This document shows positions 18,801 through 27,738 of a stretch of 64,000 nt of DNA, in pieces. The notes under the pieces are model-generated. The model was not told the origin of the DNA. It worked only from the letters and a program-made list of their open reading frames with translations, and did not search any database. A program made the position numbers and the translations under genes. The stretch is from Acidimicrobiia bacterium (GTDB lineage: Bacteria; Actinomycetota; Acidimicrobiia; Spongiisociales; ZC4RG35): positions 7 through 64,006 of the forward strand of contig JBHJOQ010000025.1 in NCBI GenBank assembly GCA_050329555.1. Reading direction: 5' to 3'. The first letter of the stretch is position 1, and every line of letters starts with the position of its first letter.

Positions 18801-20225
18801 CCCCTGGGCGACATCATTGGCCGCTACGCCCGTACCCACACCCCCTTCTCGCCCGAACAGGCTTCTTCCTCGCTCGGCATCCCGGTGGCCGTGGTCGGCT
18901 CGGTGCTCGAGTCGCTCGAAGCCGAAGGGAGGGTGGTCCCGGGTGCGTTTCTTCGCGGCGGCGAGGCTCAGGAGTGGGTCGACCGCAACGTCCTGAAGCG
19001 GCTGAAGCGCCGATCGCTGGCGAACCTTCGCCAGGAGATCGAGCCGGTGGAGCAGTACCGCCTTGCCCGTTTCGGAATCGAATGGCAGGGAGTCAGCCCC
19101 GATCCTCCTCGCGGTGTCAACGCCGCTGCGGAGGTAGTGGCAAGACTCCAGGGTGCTTCGATCCCGGCCTCGATCCTCGAACGCGACGTACTCGCGCTCC
19201 GGGCGCGCGACGCCTCGGCCCATCTCGACCGCATGCTCATATCCGGGGAGCTGGTCTGGGTCGGCCGTGAACCTCTGGGAACTAGAGACGGAAAGGTCTC
19301 GCTCTACCACCGCGACTCGCTCGCCGACATTTGGGAAGGTCCCTGCATTGATTCTGAGCCGGGCCCAACGGCGCTCGCCATCGTTGAATTCCTCTCCAAT
19401 CGCGGTGCGAGTTTCTTCCGTGACATCTACACAGGTGTGGGCGGCGGAGAAATCGCCAGCGTTGCCGACTCACTCTGGGACCTGGTGTGGGACGGTGTCG
19501 TCACCAACGACAGCCTCGAGCCCCTGCGCCATTTCATCGCCTCCCGCCGGAAACAGGGCCGGGGACGTCCTGCTGCGGCCTTCCCGGCGCACACGTCAGG
19601 TCGATGGTCGCTGGTGGAGTCGCTGGTTTCCGGAACACCCACACCTACCGAGCGGCTCGCGGCGCGGGCCAACCTCCTGCTCGATCGCAACGGAGTGGTC
19701 ACCCGGCCCACGGCCATCGCCGAAGGCCAGACCGGAGGCTTTGCAGCCCTGTATCCCGTCTTCAGCCACCTGGAGGAGACGGGGCGGGTGCGGCGGGGCT
19801 ACTTCGTCGAGGGCCTCGGCGGCGCCCAGTTCGCTCTGCCTGGTGCCATCGACCTGCTCCGCAGCGAGCCCGAGCCCGAACTGATCTCACTGGCAGCTGC
19901 CGACCCGGCCAATCCTTACGGGTCTGTCCTCGCCTGGCCCGAATCGCCGGCCCGTCTTGCCCGCGACGCCGGGGCTTATGTTCTCCTCTACGGGGGGCGA
20001 TTGGTCGCCTATCTCGACAAAGCCAGGAAGAGTCTCACCATTCTGCCACCCGGCGAAGACCTCTACAGTGCCATCGGGCGGGAGCTGGCAAACATTGCGA
20101 GCAGGCACCGACGGACGGTCCTCCACACCGTCGGGGACGCTGACGTCACCACTTCACCGATGGCGCCGATCCTCCGGGAGTGGGGCTTCGCACCTGCACC
20201 ACGCGGCCTCTCCTATCGGAGTTAG
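15864..20225 (+). CDS. lhr: ATP-dependent helicase Lhr (large helicase-related)
   Basis: 1453 aa. Superfamily-2 motifs are present: APTGSGKT, DEVH (VIVDEVHAV), SAT, and VATSSLELGIDMG...QRVGRSRH. The long Lhr-type C-terminal extension is also present. Confidence 0.9.
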   Translation: MDSLKNFTAATRSWFDASFQAPTPAQTLGWPAIASGENTLIHAPTGSGKTLAAFLWTLDRLLSEPEPEPDKRCRVLYISPLKALAHDVERNLRAPLTGIRHAAQRLGGEPLPELATFLRTGDTPQEDRRRMQKHPPDILITTPESLYLMLTSAVRSTLSSVRWVIVDEVHAVAASKRGAHLALSLERLEELTDAPPQRIGLSATQRPLDTIARFLGGGTMVDNTWTPRPVRIIDVPNDRGLDIEIVVPVEDMAAPISVDPLDPEAIPTRSIWPAVYPALLEQIREHQSTIVFANSRRLAERTCSELNRLAGEEIARAHHGSVAREQRLEIEEGLKNGTLKAVVATSSLELGIDMGAVDLVLQIESPGSVASGLQRVGRSRHQVGRESKARIYPKYRGDLLVATVVAGEMVKGNVEPTKIPENPLDVLSQQIVAVTVIDDLDVDALFDMVRRATPFRDLSRAVFEATLDMLAGRYPSDLFAELRPRINWDRVGGKLSARPGARQLAVTNAGTIPDRGLFRVALPDGSRVGELDEEMVYESREGDTFLLGSTAWRITEIDHDRVTVVPAPADGSHKMPFWHGDMLGRPLETGRAVGRFIREIGDMGHDEARATLRADFNLDDFAAGNLVSYLADELEATGHLPGDNKIVVERFQDEIGDWRVVMLSPFGARVHAPWAMALRHKLRQRFGSDVDMIWTDDGIAVRFPDSDDVPVADELILDPDEVESILIEHLGDTALFGARFREAAGRSLLLPRRRPGERTPLWLQRRKASDLLGVANQFGSFPIVLETYREVLRDDFDLPALQEILRDIRSRKIRLVEVDLHSPSPFATSLLFSFVAAYLYESDAPIAERRATALTLDRGLLRELLGDSELRELIDPEVVGAIELELQHLTEQRTARHADAVHDLLRDLGPMTRDDVLIRSGETGPADIEYLMENKRVFEVTIGGEARLAAAEDMARLRDAIGVQPPPGVPHIFLEPVPDPLGDIIGRYARTHTPFSPEQASSSLGIPVAVVGSVLESLEAEGRVVPGAFLRGGEAQEWVDRNVLKRLKRRSLANLRQEIEPVEQYRLARFGIEWQGVSPDPPRGVNAAAEVVARLQGASIPASILERDVLALRARDASAHLDRMLISGELVWVGREPLGTRDGKVSLYHRDSLADIWEGPCIDSEPGPTALAIVEFLSNRGASFFRDIYTGVGGGEIASVADSLWDLVWDGVVTNDSLEPLRHFIASRRKQGRGRPAAAFPAHTSGRWSLVESLVSGTPTPTERLAARANLLLDRNGVVTRPTAIAEGQTGGFAALYPVFSHLEETGRVRRGYFVEGLGGAQFALPGAIDLLRSEPEPELISLAAADPANPYGSVLAWPESPARLARDAGAYVLLYGGRLVAYLDKARKSLTILPPGEDLYSAIGRELANIASRHRRTVLHTVGDADVTTSPMAPILREWGFAPAPRGLSYRS

Positions 20226-20235
20226 ATAGGGAGCG

Positions 20236-21024
20236 TTACTCCAGTTCGGGCCACGCACGGATCGCCTCATCGACGATCGATTCGAACTTGAGACCCATCA
20301 GCACAACGCCGGCAGCGCCTGAGTCGCGGGCCTTCTGCTCCATTTCGGCGGCAATTTCCCATCCCAGCTTCCGGCCGACATCTTTGCCGACCTCACCGAG
20401 GCGTTGTTTCAGGTCGCCCGTTGCGGGCACTGCGCCGATCCCCTCCATCTGCTCGACCCAGGTCAGGCTGAAAGGCGGGATGATCATCAGGTAGACCGGC
20501 GGGTCGTCGTCGCGGAGTTTGAGCTTGGACATCTGTTGTTCGACCACGTTGGGATCGAGCACCGGCCCGGCGACGAAGAACTGGGCGCCGATGTCGATCC
20601 GGCGCCGGAACTGCCAGTCCTGGAACCGGGTGGGCATTCCAACTTCGAAATCAGGCAGGTTCTCCTGGAGCGCCCTGAGGTGCTCGACGATCTCATAGTG
20701 ATGCGCCAGGTGGTCGACGTGGGGGACGGTGTCCCCGATCACCACAAGAAACGAGTCCACTCCGTTGCCCAGAGCCCCGCGCACCTCGGACTCGATGGCG
20801 AGGATGTTGCGGTCGCGGGTCGACACCACGACGGTGGGATCGACGTGGGGGGTGTCGTGGGTGATCCGGGCCGAGAATGCATACGGGGAGACCCGGATCC
20901 GCCCGAACACGTTGTCGGTGACCATCACATTGGTCCACCCCGTCAGCGACCTGTGGCTCAAGTCGGGCAGCTCGGGAGGGTTCACCTCCGCGATCCGGAC
21001 CCAGCCATCACGTTCGATCAGCAC
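20236..21024 (-). CDS. methylenetetrahydrofolate reductase-like protein (short, non-canonical type)
   Basis: Start set to GTG 21024 (RBS GAGAGG), overlapping the metH stop by 17 nt. The N-terminal VRIAEVNPPELPDL resembles the non-canonical actinobacterial MTHFR type rather than E. coli MetF. Operon position after metH supports the call. Confidence 0.55.
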   Translation of the reverse strand: MLIERDGWVRIAEVNPPELPDLSHRSLTGWTNVMVTDNVFGRIRVSPYAFSARITHDTPHVDPTVVVSTRDRNILAIESEVRGALGNGVDSFLVVIGDTVPHVDHLAHHYEIVEHLRALQENLPDFEVGMPTRFQDWQFRRRIDIGAQFFVAGPVLDPNVVEQQMSKLKLRDDDPPVYLMIIPPFSLTWVEQMEGIGAVPATGDLKQRLGEVGKDVGRKLGWEIAAEMEQKARDSGAAGVVLMGLKFESIVDEAIRAWPELE

Positions 21025-24000
21025 TTCGCACCTCTCTCGGTTTCTTGGCGATGAAATATTTCGCCTGCGGGTGGTGACAGATGATCGCCGAGGTCGTCTG
21101 CTCCGGCTGATACTGGTACGAAGTCTCGGCACCAACCGAGATCCCGATCCGATCGGCGCCCAGGATGTCAGCCACCCGCTCGTTGTCCTCGAGGTCGGGA
21201 CAGGCCGGGTATCCCCACGAATAGCGGCCACCGCGATACTTCTGACGGAAGAGCCCGGTGAGTGAGGGCCCGTCCTCGTCGACAAAGCCCCACTCGGTCC
21301 TGATCCGGTGATGCCAGTACTCGGCCAGGGCCTCTGCCATCTCCACACCTAGGCCGTGAAGGTGGAGGTAGGCGGTGTACTCGTTGGCTTCGAAGAGCTC
21401 TGCTGCCCGACGCGACACCTCGGCGCCCATCGTGACGATGTGGAACGCGGCGTAGTCGACCTCATCGTCCACCGGTCGGAAGAAGTCAGGAATACTCAGG
21501 TAGGGGTCTTCGTGCTGACGGGGGAAACCAAACCGGGTCAATTCCTCCCGGCGGGAACGATCCTCCCACAACACTATGTCGTCGCCGTCACCGTTGGCTG
21601 CGAAGTAGCCGTAGACCACCTGCGGTTGGAGCAGCCCACCGGTCCTGGCCAGCGCCAGCTGTTCTCTGAGCACAGGGGCGAGGCGCTTTTTGAAGTCGGC
21701 ATCGTTTTCCCCCGACTCGGGGCGGTATTGCCACTGATTCCTGAAGAGCGCCGTCAGGTTGAGGAAGGGGACCACGTCGTCTAGTGCCACATTTCGCACC
21801 ACACGCGACCCGAGGAATGGAGGCTCGAAGATCGGGTTGTCAATGACGACAGAGGGAGACCGCCGCGGAACTTCGACTCCTGTCGACTCCAGCACGGGCC
21901 GCTCCCGCTTCTTGGCCGGGGCCGGAGATGGGTCGCCGGCGACAATATGGCCCATCGCCTCGAGCCCGGCGAAGGCGTTCTTTCCGTAATAGAGCGGGCC
22001 GGGGTAAAGCGACCTGAGGTCTGATTCGACATAACTCCTGGTCAGGGCGGCCCCACCGAGGAGCACCGGCACCTTGCCCATCCCCCGCCGGTCGAGCTCA
22101 TCGAGGTTGTCCTTCATGATCAGAGTCGATTTCACCAAGAGGCCGCTCATCCCGATGGCGTCGGCCTTCTTCTCTTCATAGGCCTGGATCATCTCGCCGA
22201 TGCCAACCTTGATCCCCAGGTTGTGCACCTCGTAGCCGTTGTTGCTCAGAATGATGTCGACCAGGTTCTTACCGATGTCGTGGACGTCACCGGACACCGT
22301 TGCGAGGACAACAGATCCACGCCTGGATGTCTCTGCCTTCACCATCATCGGCTCGAGGTAGGCAACGGCCTTCTTCATGGTCTCGGCGGACTTGAGAACG
22401 AACGGAAGCTGCATCTCACCGGTAGCGAAGCGTTCACCAACGACCCTCATACCCTCGAGGAGGAAGTCGTTGATGATGTCGAGCGGTCTCGTCCCTGCAG
22501 CGAGAGCTTCGTCGAGGTCGGAGATGATGTTGTTCTGGTCGCCGTCGATGATGCGCCGCGCCAGGCGCTCGTCAACCGGCAGACCTTCCATGGGCTCCAC
22601 CGGGGTCTTCTCGATTTCGGCATCTTCGAACAGTTCGAGTATTCGCTCCAGCGGGTCGTACCCCTCCGACCTACGGTCATATATGAGATCGAGGGCGGCG
22701 GTGCGCTGGTCGGGATCGATGCTGGAAAGCGGCTGGATCTTGGCGGCGTGCACAATTGCCGCGTCCAGGCCCGCTTCGACCGCCTCGTGGAGGAAGACAG
22801 AGTTGATCACTTTGCGGGCGGGTGGGTTGAGGCCAAACGACACATTGGAAACGCCGAGGACGGTCCTGGTCCCGGGAAGTTCCCCCTTGATCCGTCGGAT
22901 TGCGTCGAGGGTGGCCATCCCGTCGCGGCGCAGGTCCTCTCCCCCGGTCGTGAGTGGGAAAGTGAGGGGATCGAAGATCAAGTCGGAGGGCGAGAGCCTG
23001 TAGGTGCCGACAGCGAGGTCGTGAATGCGGTGGGCGACACGCACCTTCCATTCGAGGTCGCGAGCCTGGCCCTCCTCGTCGATGAGCAGACAGATGACGC
23101 CAGCGCCGTGCTGCTTCGCCAGGGTGAAGACCCGGTCGATTCGAGAGCCTTCCCCCTCCCCGTCTTCGAGGTTGGCGCTGTTGAGAAGGCTCCTGCCCCC
23201 GAGATGTTCGAGGCCTGCCTCCATGACTGCAGTCTCGGTGGAGTCGAGCACCACGGGAGCGGCGACATCGGTGGCAAACCCGGCGGCCAGCCGCTTCATG
23301 TCGGCCACACCGTCGCGCCCTACATAGTCGACACAGAGATCGACGAGGTGCGCTCCTTCCCTGAGCTGGGACTGGCCGATGGCGATGCATGCCTCGATGT
23401 CATCGGCAAGCAAGGCCTCGCGAAACGCCTTGCTTCCGTTGGCGTTGGCCCGCTCTCCGACGATCAAGAACGAAGTGTCCTGATCGAGATTGACCTGGCT
23501 GTAGATCGAAGCAACGGCTGGGACATGGACGGGTTCCCGTTCGAATAGCGTTGCCGGCCTGATTGCGTCGACAACTGCTGCGAGGTGCTCGGGTGTCGTG
23601 CCACAGCAACCGCCGACGACGCCAACCCCGAGATCGGTGACAAACGTCTTTAGATTCCGGGCGAGATCGTCGGGTCCCAGGTCGTAGACCATCTCTCCGT
23701 TTTCGACATGGGGCAGCCCGGCGTTGGGGATGGCTGCGATCGGGATCGTCGAGTACCGGCTGAGGTGGCGAAGCGGTTCGAACATCTCGGCCGGGCCGGT
23801 GGCGCAGTTGAGGCCGATGACATCGGGTCCGACCGACTGCAGGGCGGTGAGGGCCGCCCCGATCTCGGTCCCGGGGAGCATCCGCCCGGTCAGTTCGATG
23901 GTGACCTGTACCTGCACCGGGACTTCGACACCAATCTCCCGCATTGCCTCCCTCGCCCCTTCGATCGCGGCTTTGGCGCCGAGGAGGTCGAACTGGGTCT

Positions 24001-24478
24001 CGACAATGATCAGATCTACTCCACCATCGATCAAAGCCCTCGACTCGGTGGCATAGGCGTCGACCAGTTCGCGGTAGGTGACCTGGCCGAGGGTGGCGAA
24101 CTTGGTGCCGGGGCCCACCGACCCGGCGACGAATCGGGGTCGGCCGTCCCTGGCGACGTACTCGTCGACGGCGGAGCGAGCGAGCACGGCACCGGCATGT
24201 GCGATCTCGTATGCGCGACCTTCCAGCCCGTACTCCCCCAGAGGCACGGCAAAAGCCCCGAAGGTATTGGTCTCCACGACGTCGACGCCCACATCGAGGA
24301 ACGAACGGTGGAGGTTGGCCACCACATCCGGGCGGGTGATATTGAGCAGTTCGTTGCAGCCTTCGAGGTCTGCGCCGCCAAAGTCGTCGGCTGTCAGCCC
24401 GACGGTCTGCAGGTTGGTGCCGCTGGCACCATCGAAGATGACAACTCCAGAGGCGATCGCGTCGAGGTAGGCAGTCAT
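21008..24478 (-). CDS. metH: cobalamin-dependent methionine synthase
   Basis: 1156 aa with homocysteine-binding, pterin-binding, B12-binding (SGDVHDIGKN) and AdoMet-activation domains in canonical order. Confidence 0.95.
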   Translation of the reverse strand: MTAYLDAIASGVVIFDGASGTNLQTVGLTADDFGGADLEGCNELLNITRPDVVANLHRSFLDVGVDVVETNTFGAFAVPLGEYGLEGRAYEIAHAGAVLARSAVDEYVARDGRPRFVAGSVGPGTKFATLGQVTYRELVDAYATESRALIDGGVDLIIVETQFDLLGAKAAIEGAREAMREIGVEVPVQVQVTIELTGRMLPGTEIGAALTALQSVGPDVIGLNCATGPAEMFEPLRHLSRYSTIPIAAIPNAGLPHVENGEMVYDLGPDDLARNLKTFVTDLGVGVVGGCCGTTPEHLAAVVDAIRPATLFEREPVHVPAVASIYSQVNLDQDTSFLIVGERANANGSKAFREALLADDIEACIAIGQSQLREGAHLVDLCVDYVGRDGVADMKRLAAGFATDVAAPVVLDSTETAVMEAGLEHLGGRSLLNSANLEDGEGEGSRIDRVFTLAKQHGAGVICLLIDEEGQARDLEWKVRVAHRIHDLAVGTYRLSPSDLIFDPLTFPLTTGGEDLRRDGMATLDAIRRIKGELPGTRTVLGVSNVSFGLNPPARKVINSVFLHEAVEAGLDAAIVHAAKIQPLSSIDPDQRTAALDLIYDRRSEGYDPLERILELFEDAEIEKTPVEPMEGLPVDERLARRIIDGDQNNIISDLDEALAAGTRPLDIINDFLLEGMRVVGERFATGEMQLPFVLKSAETMKKAVAYLEPMMVKAETSRRGSVVLATVSGDVHDIGKNLVDIILSNNGYEVHNLGIKVGIGEMIQAYEEKKADAIGMSGLLVKSTLIMKDNLDELDRRGMGKVPVLLGGAALTRSYVESDLRSLYPGPLYYGKNAFAGLEAMGHIVAGDPSPAPAKKRERPVLESTGVEVPRRSPSVVIDNPIFEPPFLGSRVVRNVALDDVVPFLNLTALFRNQWQYRPESGENDADFKKRLAPVLREQLALARTGGLLQPQVVYGYFAANGDGDDIVLWEDRSRREELTRFGFPRQHEDPYLSIPDFFRPVDDEVDYAAFHIVTMGAEVSRRAAELFEANEYTAYLHLHGLGVEMAEALAEYWHHRIRTEWGFVDEDGPSLTGLFRQKYRGGRYSWGYPACPDLEDNERVADILGADRIGISVGAETSYQYQPEQTTSAIICHHPQAKYFIAKKPREVRSADRT

Positions 24479-24588
24479 GTGGCTGCTCCCCCGTCAATAC
24501 AGCAGGGGTCTCCTGGTTGGCTCATTAGCTCCTCACTTGTTCCTTATGAAACGCTGGTGAGCGCCAGGAGCCAGTGGCTCAAGGTCAA

Positions 24589-24682
24589 CTCATCGATTCC
24601 AGGCATTGGCACCGTTCTCCATATCGCTATGGCTCGGTTGCCGCGGTATCAAAGGGCCTGTCCCTCCACCGCTCTAGATGAG
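24589..24682 (-). promoter_or_regulatory. SAM-I (S-box) riboswitch aptamer in the metH leader
   Basis: The minus-strand RNA reads CUCAUC-U-AGAGCGGUGGAGGGACAGGCCCUUUGAUACCGCGGCAACC...GGUGCCAAUGCCUGGAAUC-GAUGAG. The P1 arms are CUCAUC/GAUGAG, and the core matches the S-box consensus (AGAG-GG-GAGGGA-GGCCC-GA-CC-GCAACC ... GGUGC-AA-CC). A TATACT -10-like element lies at 24697-24702. Confidence 0.85.
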
Positions 24683-24721
24683 CGCTTCGTGCCGTCAGTA
24701 TACAACAGGCGCCGGAGGTGT

Positions 24722-26584
24722 CTACGGAAGTGCCGACTCCAGGGTCTCATAGACCGTGTTTCGCAACACCGGGATCCTGCCGACCGACTCGACCGTTGCC
24801 CGGAACTCGGCAGGAGTGACTTCCTGGCCGTGTTCGGCCCCGGCCGATCGGGTGATGATCTCCCCCATCAGCGTCCCTCCCATGTCGTTGCACCCCGCCT
24901 GGAGCAGCCTGGCGGCGCCGTCGAGGCCGAGTTTCACCCACGATGCCTGGATGTTGTCGATCAGGCCATCGAATGCGAGACGCGACACGGCGTGGATGAG
25001 AACCGCCTCATCCCAGGTGGGGCCGGGACGTGCCCTTCCCCTGAGGTAGATCGGCGATCCCATATGGACGAACGGGAGTGGGACCATCTCGGTGAACCCT
25101 CCAGTTCGCTCCTGGATCTTTCTGACGACTTCGAGGTGGTTGGCCCACGACCTCGGCCCATCGATATGGCCGAACATGATCGTCGCGGTGGCCCGCAGCC
25201 CCAGCTCATGGGCGGTGATCATCACTTCTGCCCACTGCGACGTCCTGATCTTGTCGGGGCAGAGGTGCTCACGCACCCGGTCGTCGAGAATCTCGGCGGC
25301 TGTCCCCGGAAGAGAACCGAGGCCCGCTTCCTTGAGCTCTTCGAGAAATCGCCGGACCGGGATGCCCAGGGTCTCCGCACCCTGCCATACCTCGAGCGGG
25401 GTGAACCCGTGGATGTGCATGTCGGGCATTTCGGCTTTGATCGCCTTGACCACATCGACATAGAAGTTGCCGGTGAAGTCGGGATGGATCCCACCCTGGA
25501 GTGTTACCTCGGTAGCCCCGCGGTCCCAGGCTTCCCTCGCTTTGGCCACGATCTCGTCGAGACCCATCAAGTACGGCTCACCTCTCAGGTTGAGGCTCTT
25601 CGGGCCTTTGGAGAATGCACAGAACCCGCATTTGAAATAGCAGAGATTGGTGTAATTGATGTTGCGGTTGACCACGTAGGTGACGGTCTCTCCGACGCTC
25701 TTCGATCGCAACAGGTCTGCGGTGTGGGCGATGGCGTCGATCCCTTCACCACGCGCCTCGAACAACTTGCGCAGTTCCGCGACGTCAGGCCGCTGCCCTT
25801 CCAGAGAGCGTTCCAGGATCGGACGCAAACCACCCGCACCTTCCAGGCCCCGGGGGGCTTGACTCTGAATCCAACTCCGGTCACCCCACTCTGCCGAAAG
25901 TCTCAGCTCCGGAACCGGGGGGTCCATGTCCTTGCCCGGGGCCCACTCGTATCTGGGCCGGGCTGCGCCCGACCCGTCGGTCAGTTTCAGCCAGGTCCCA
26001 AAGTCGGCGGAACCGAGGGTGGCCCGGGCGGTATCGATTTCGAGCCCGATGGGGTAGAGAGTCCTCTCGATGAGCTGGTGATCGGGAAGGGCGTCACGAA
26101 GCTCCCCGATCCGCTCCACATCCCAGTCTCTGAGCAATAGATCTCCCGCGCCCCCGGCGACAGCTTCGACAGCCTGAGGCACATCATCGACGAAAACCGA
26201 GAGGATCGTTTCCAAACCGGGGAGCAGGGCCAGGTCTCCCGCCTCCTCGATCTCGGAGCGCCCCACCCTGAGGAAAGCGGCACGGGTCCGGGAAACAGCG
26301 TCGAGGACCAACTCGCGAGGTCCTTCATTGCGGACGGTGATCCGCCATCCCGGTACTCCGGCCCCGGCGAGTGACAGCGCGGTCTTGGGACCAGCGATGT
26401 ATGCGGACGGTTCCGGTTCGGAAGTTGCGCCGAGCACGAGGAGGCCGCCGGACCGGGCTGCATTCAGGTCGGCTGTGGTCGGGGCGGCCAGTTCGACAGC
26501 AGTGGTGCCTTCTCGGCGACGACTGGTGGCTGTGGGCGCAGCCAACGATTCGGCCGGCCGGGTGCGGAGGAAGGTAACTCTCAT
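24722..26584 (-). CDS. cofH: FO synthase subunit 2 (CofH, radical SAM) with about 255-aa N-terminal extension
   Basis: The C-terminal 365 aa match CofH and the FbiC C-half (NRNINYTNLCYFKCGFCAF, GGFTEMVPLPF). Start ATG 26584 gives an ATGA overlap with the cofG stop. The N-terminal 255 aa match no family I recognise. Confidence 0.85.
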   Translation of the reverse strand: MRVTFLRTRPAESLAAPTATSRRREGTTAVELAAPTTADLNAARSGGLLVLGATSEPEPSAYIAGPKTALSLAGAGVPGWRITVRNEGPRELVLDAVSRTRAAFLRVGRSEIEEAGDLALLPGLETILSVFVDDVPQAVEAVAGGAGDLLLRDWDVERIGELRDALPDHQLIERTLYPIGLEIDTARATLGSADFGTWLKLTDGSGAARPRYEWAPGKDMDPPVPELRLSAEWGDRSWIQSQAPRGLEGAGGLRPILERSLEGQRPDVAELRKLFEARGEGIDAIAHTADLLRSKSVGETVTYVVNRNINYTNLCYFKCGFCAFSKGPKSLNLRGEPYLMGLDEIVAKAREAWDRGATEVTLQGGIHPDFTGNFYVDVVKAIKAEMPDMHIHGFTPLEVWQGAETLGIPVRRFLEELKEAGLGSLPGTAAEILDDRVREHLCPDKIRTSQWAEVMITAHELGLRATATIMFGHIDGPRSWANHLEVVRKIQERTGGFTEMVPLPFVHMGSPIYLRGRARPGPTWDEAVLIHAVSRLAFDGLIDNIQASWVKLGLDGAARLLQAGCNDMGGTLMGEIITRSAGAEHGQEVTPAEFRATVESVGRIPVLRNTVYETLESALP

Positions 26585-27738
26585 GTCTGGACTTTCTTTC
26601 CGATCTTCGGATAGCCATTCTCGTCGATTTGCCTGCGGATATCGCCGATCAACTCCGGAGCAATCCATTCTTCACTTATGTACTCGGGATACACCGGGAG
26701 CCGGGGGCGCAATTCGAAGCCTGCGGCTTCCGTTCTCTCCTTCAACTCGTTGAGGTGGGGCCATGGGGCCTCAGGGTTCACCCAATCGATGGTGAGAGGA
26801 GAAACCCCACCCCAGTCGTTGATCCCGGCGTCGAGATAGACCTCATACTTCTCCGTGAGGTTGGGCGGCACCTGGATGTTTGCCTCGGCACCCATGATCC
26901 ACCGCGCAAGTGCGACAACCCGGGCGAACCAGACGGGTATCGGCTCCGCCGAGCGGCGCATCGGGGTGTCGGCCTTGGCGCGGAAGTTCTGGACGATTAC
27001 TTCCTGGATTGCACCGGTACGCACGGCGAGGTCTCTTAGAGCAAATAGAGAGTCGACGATCTCCTGGTGATTCTCGCCAATTCCGACCAGGATCCCGGTC
27101 GTGAACGGGACCCGGCTTCGTCCCGCCGACTCGATGGTCGCCACCCGGAGGGAAGGGACCTTGGTGAAGGACTTGTGATGGGGCATCCCCGGCTCGAGCA
27201 AGCGCGGGGAGATGTTCTCCAGCATCATCCCCATCGACGGATTGGTCGGTCGGAGTTTGGCCATCGCCGCATCGTCGAGCAGCCCGGGGTTGGCGTGGGG
27301 AAAGAGGCCGGTCTCCGATCGGATCAGGGCAGACATCTCAGCCACGTAATCGATAGTCGTCTCCAGGCCACGCCCGGCAAGGAACTCACGGGCCTGGGGC
27401 CAGCGTTGCTCGGGCCGGTCGCCGAGGGTCAAAAGAGCCTCGGTGCAATCCGCTTCGTCGCCCGCTTTTGCCACCGCGAGTACATCTTCGGGCTCGAGAT
27501 ACACCCCACCGGCGCCGGGTGGCTTGGCGAAGGTGCAATACGTGCAGCGGTCGACACAGAGCGTGGTCAGCGGGATGAACACCTTGCGGCTGTAGGTGAT
27601 GGTGCGCCCCTTGGCCTCGTCACGGAGACGAGAGGCGTAGGCGAGGAGAGGTCCTGAAGATCGCGAGCCATCGAGGTATTCGAGAGCGAGGCCGGGGTCG
27701 GGCTCGGGGTGGGTCCGGACTTCGCTACGAGATACCAA
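26581..27738 (-). CDS. cofG: FO synthase subunit 1 (CofG, radical SAM)
   Basis: 385 aa. YSRKVFIPLTTLCVDRCTYCTF and IQEVIVQNFRAK match CofG and the FbiC N-half. Confidence 0.88.
   Translation of the reverse strand: MVSRSEVRTHPEPDPGLALEYLDGSRSSGPLLAYASRLRDEAKGRTITYSRKVFIPLTTLCVDRCTYCTFAKPPGAGGVYLEPEDVLAVAKAGDEADCTEALLTLGDRPEQRWPQAREFLAGRGLETTIDYVAEMSALIRSETGLFPHANPGLLDDAAMAKLRPTNPSMGMMLENISPRLLEPGMPHHKSFTKVPSLRVATIESAGRSRVPFTTGILVGIGENHQEIVDSLFALRDLAVRTGAIQEVIVQNFRAKADTPMRRSAEPIPVWFARVVALARWIMGAEANIQVPPNLTEKYEVYLDAGINDWGGVSPLTIDWVNPEAPWPHLNELKERTEAAGFELRPRLPVYPEYISEEWIAPELIGDIRRQIDENGYPKIGKKVQT

Noticed and set aside
21025-21348. N-terminal 108 codons of the 370-aa ORF 20236-21348
   Set aside because: It lies inside the metH coding region in another frame and has a junk-like composition. 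A GTG with an RBS at 21024 gives a sensible MTHFR-like start.
24479-24721. Cobalamin riboswitch upstream of metH; also looked upstream of icmF
   Set aside because: No B12-box-like core was seen. The metH leader instead matches the SAM-I consensus, and the icmF upstream gap is only 41 bp.
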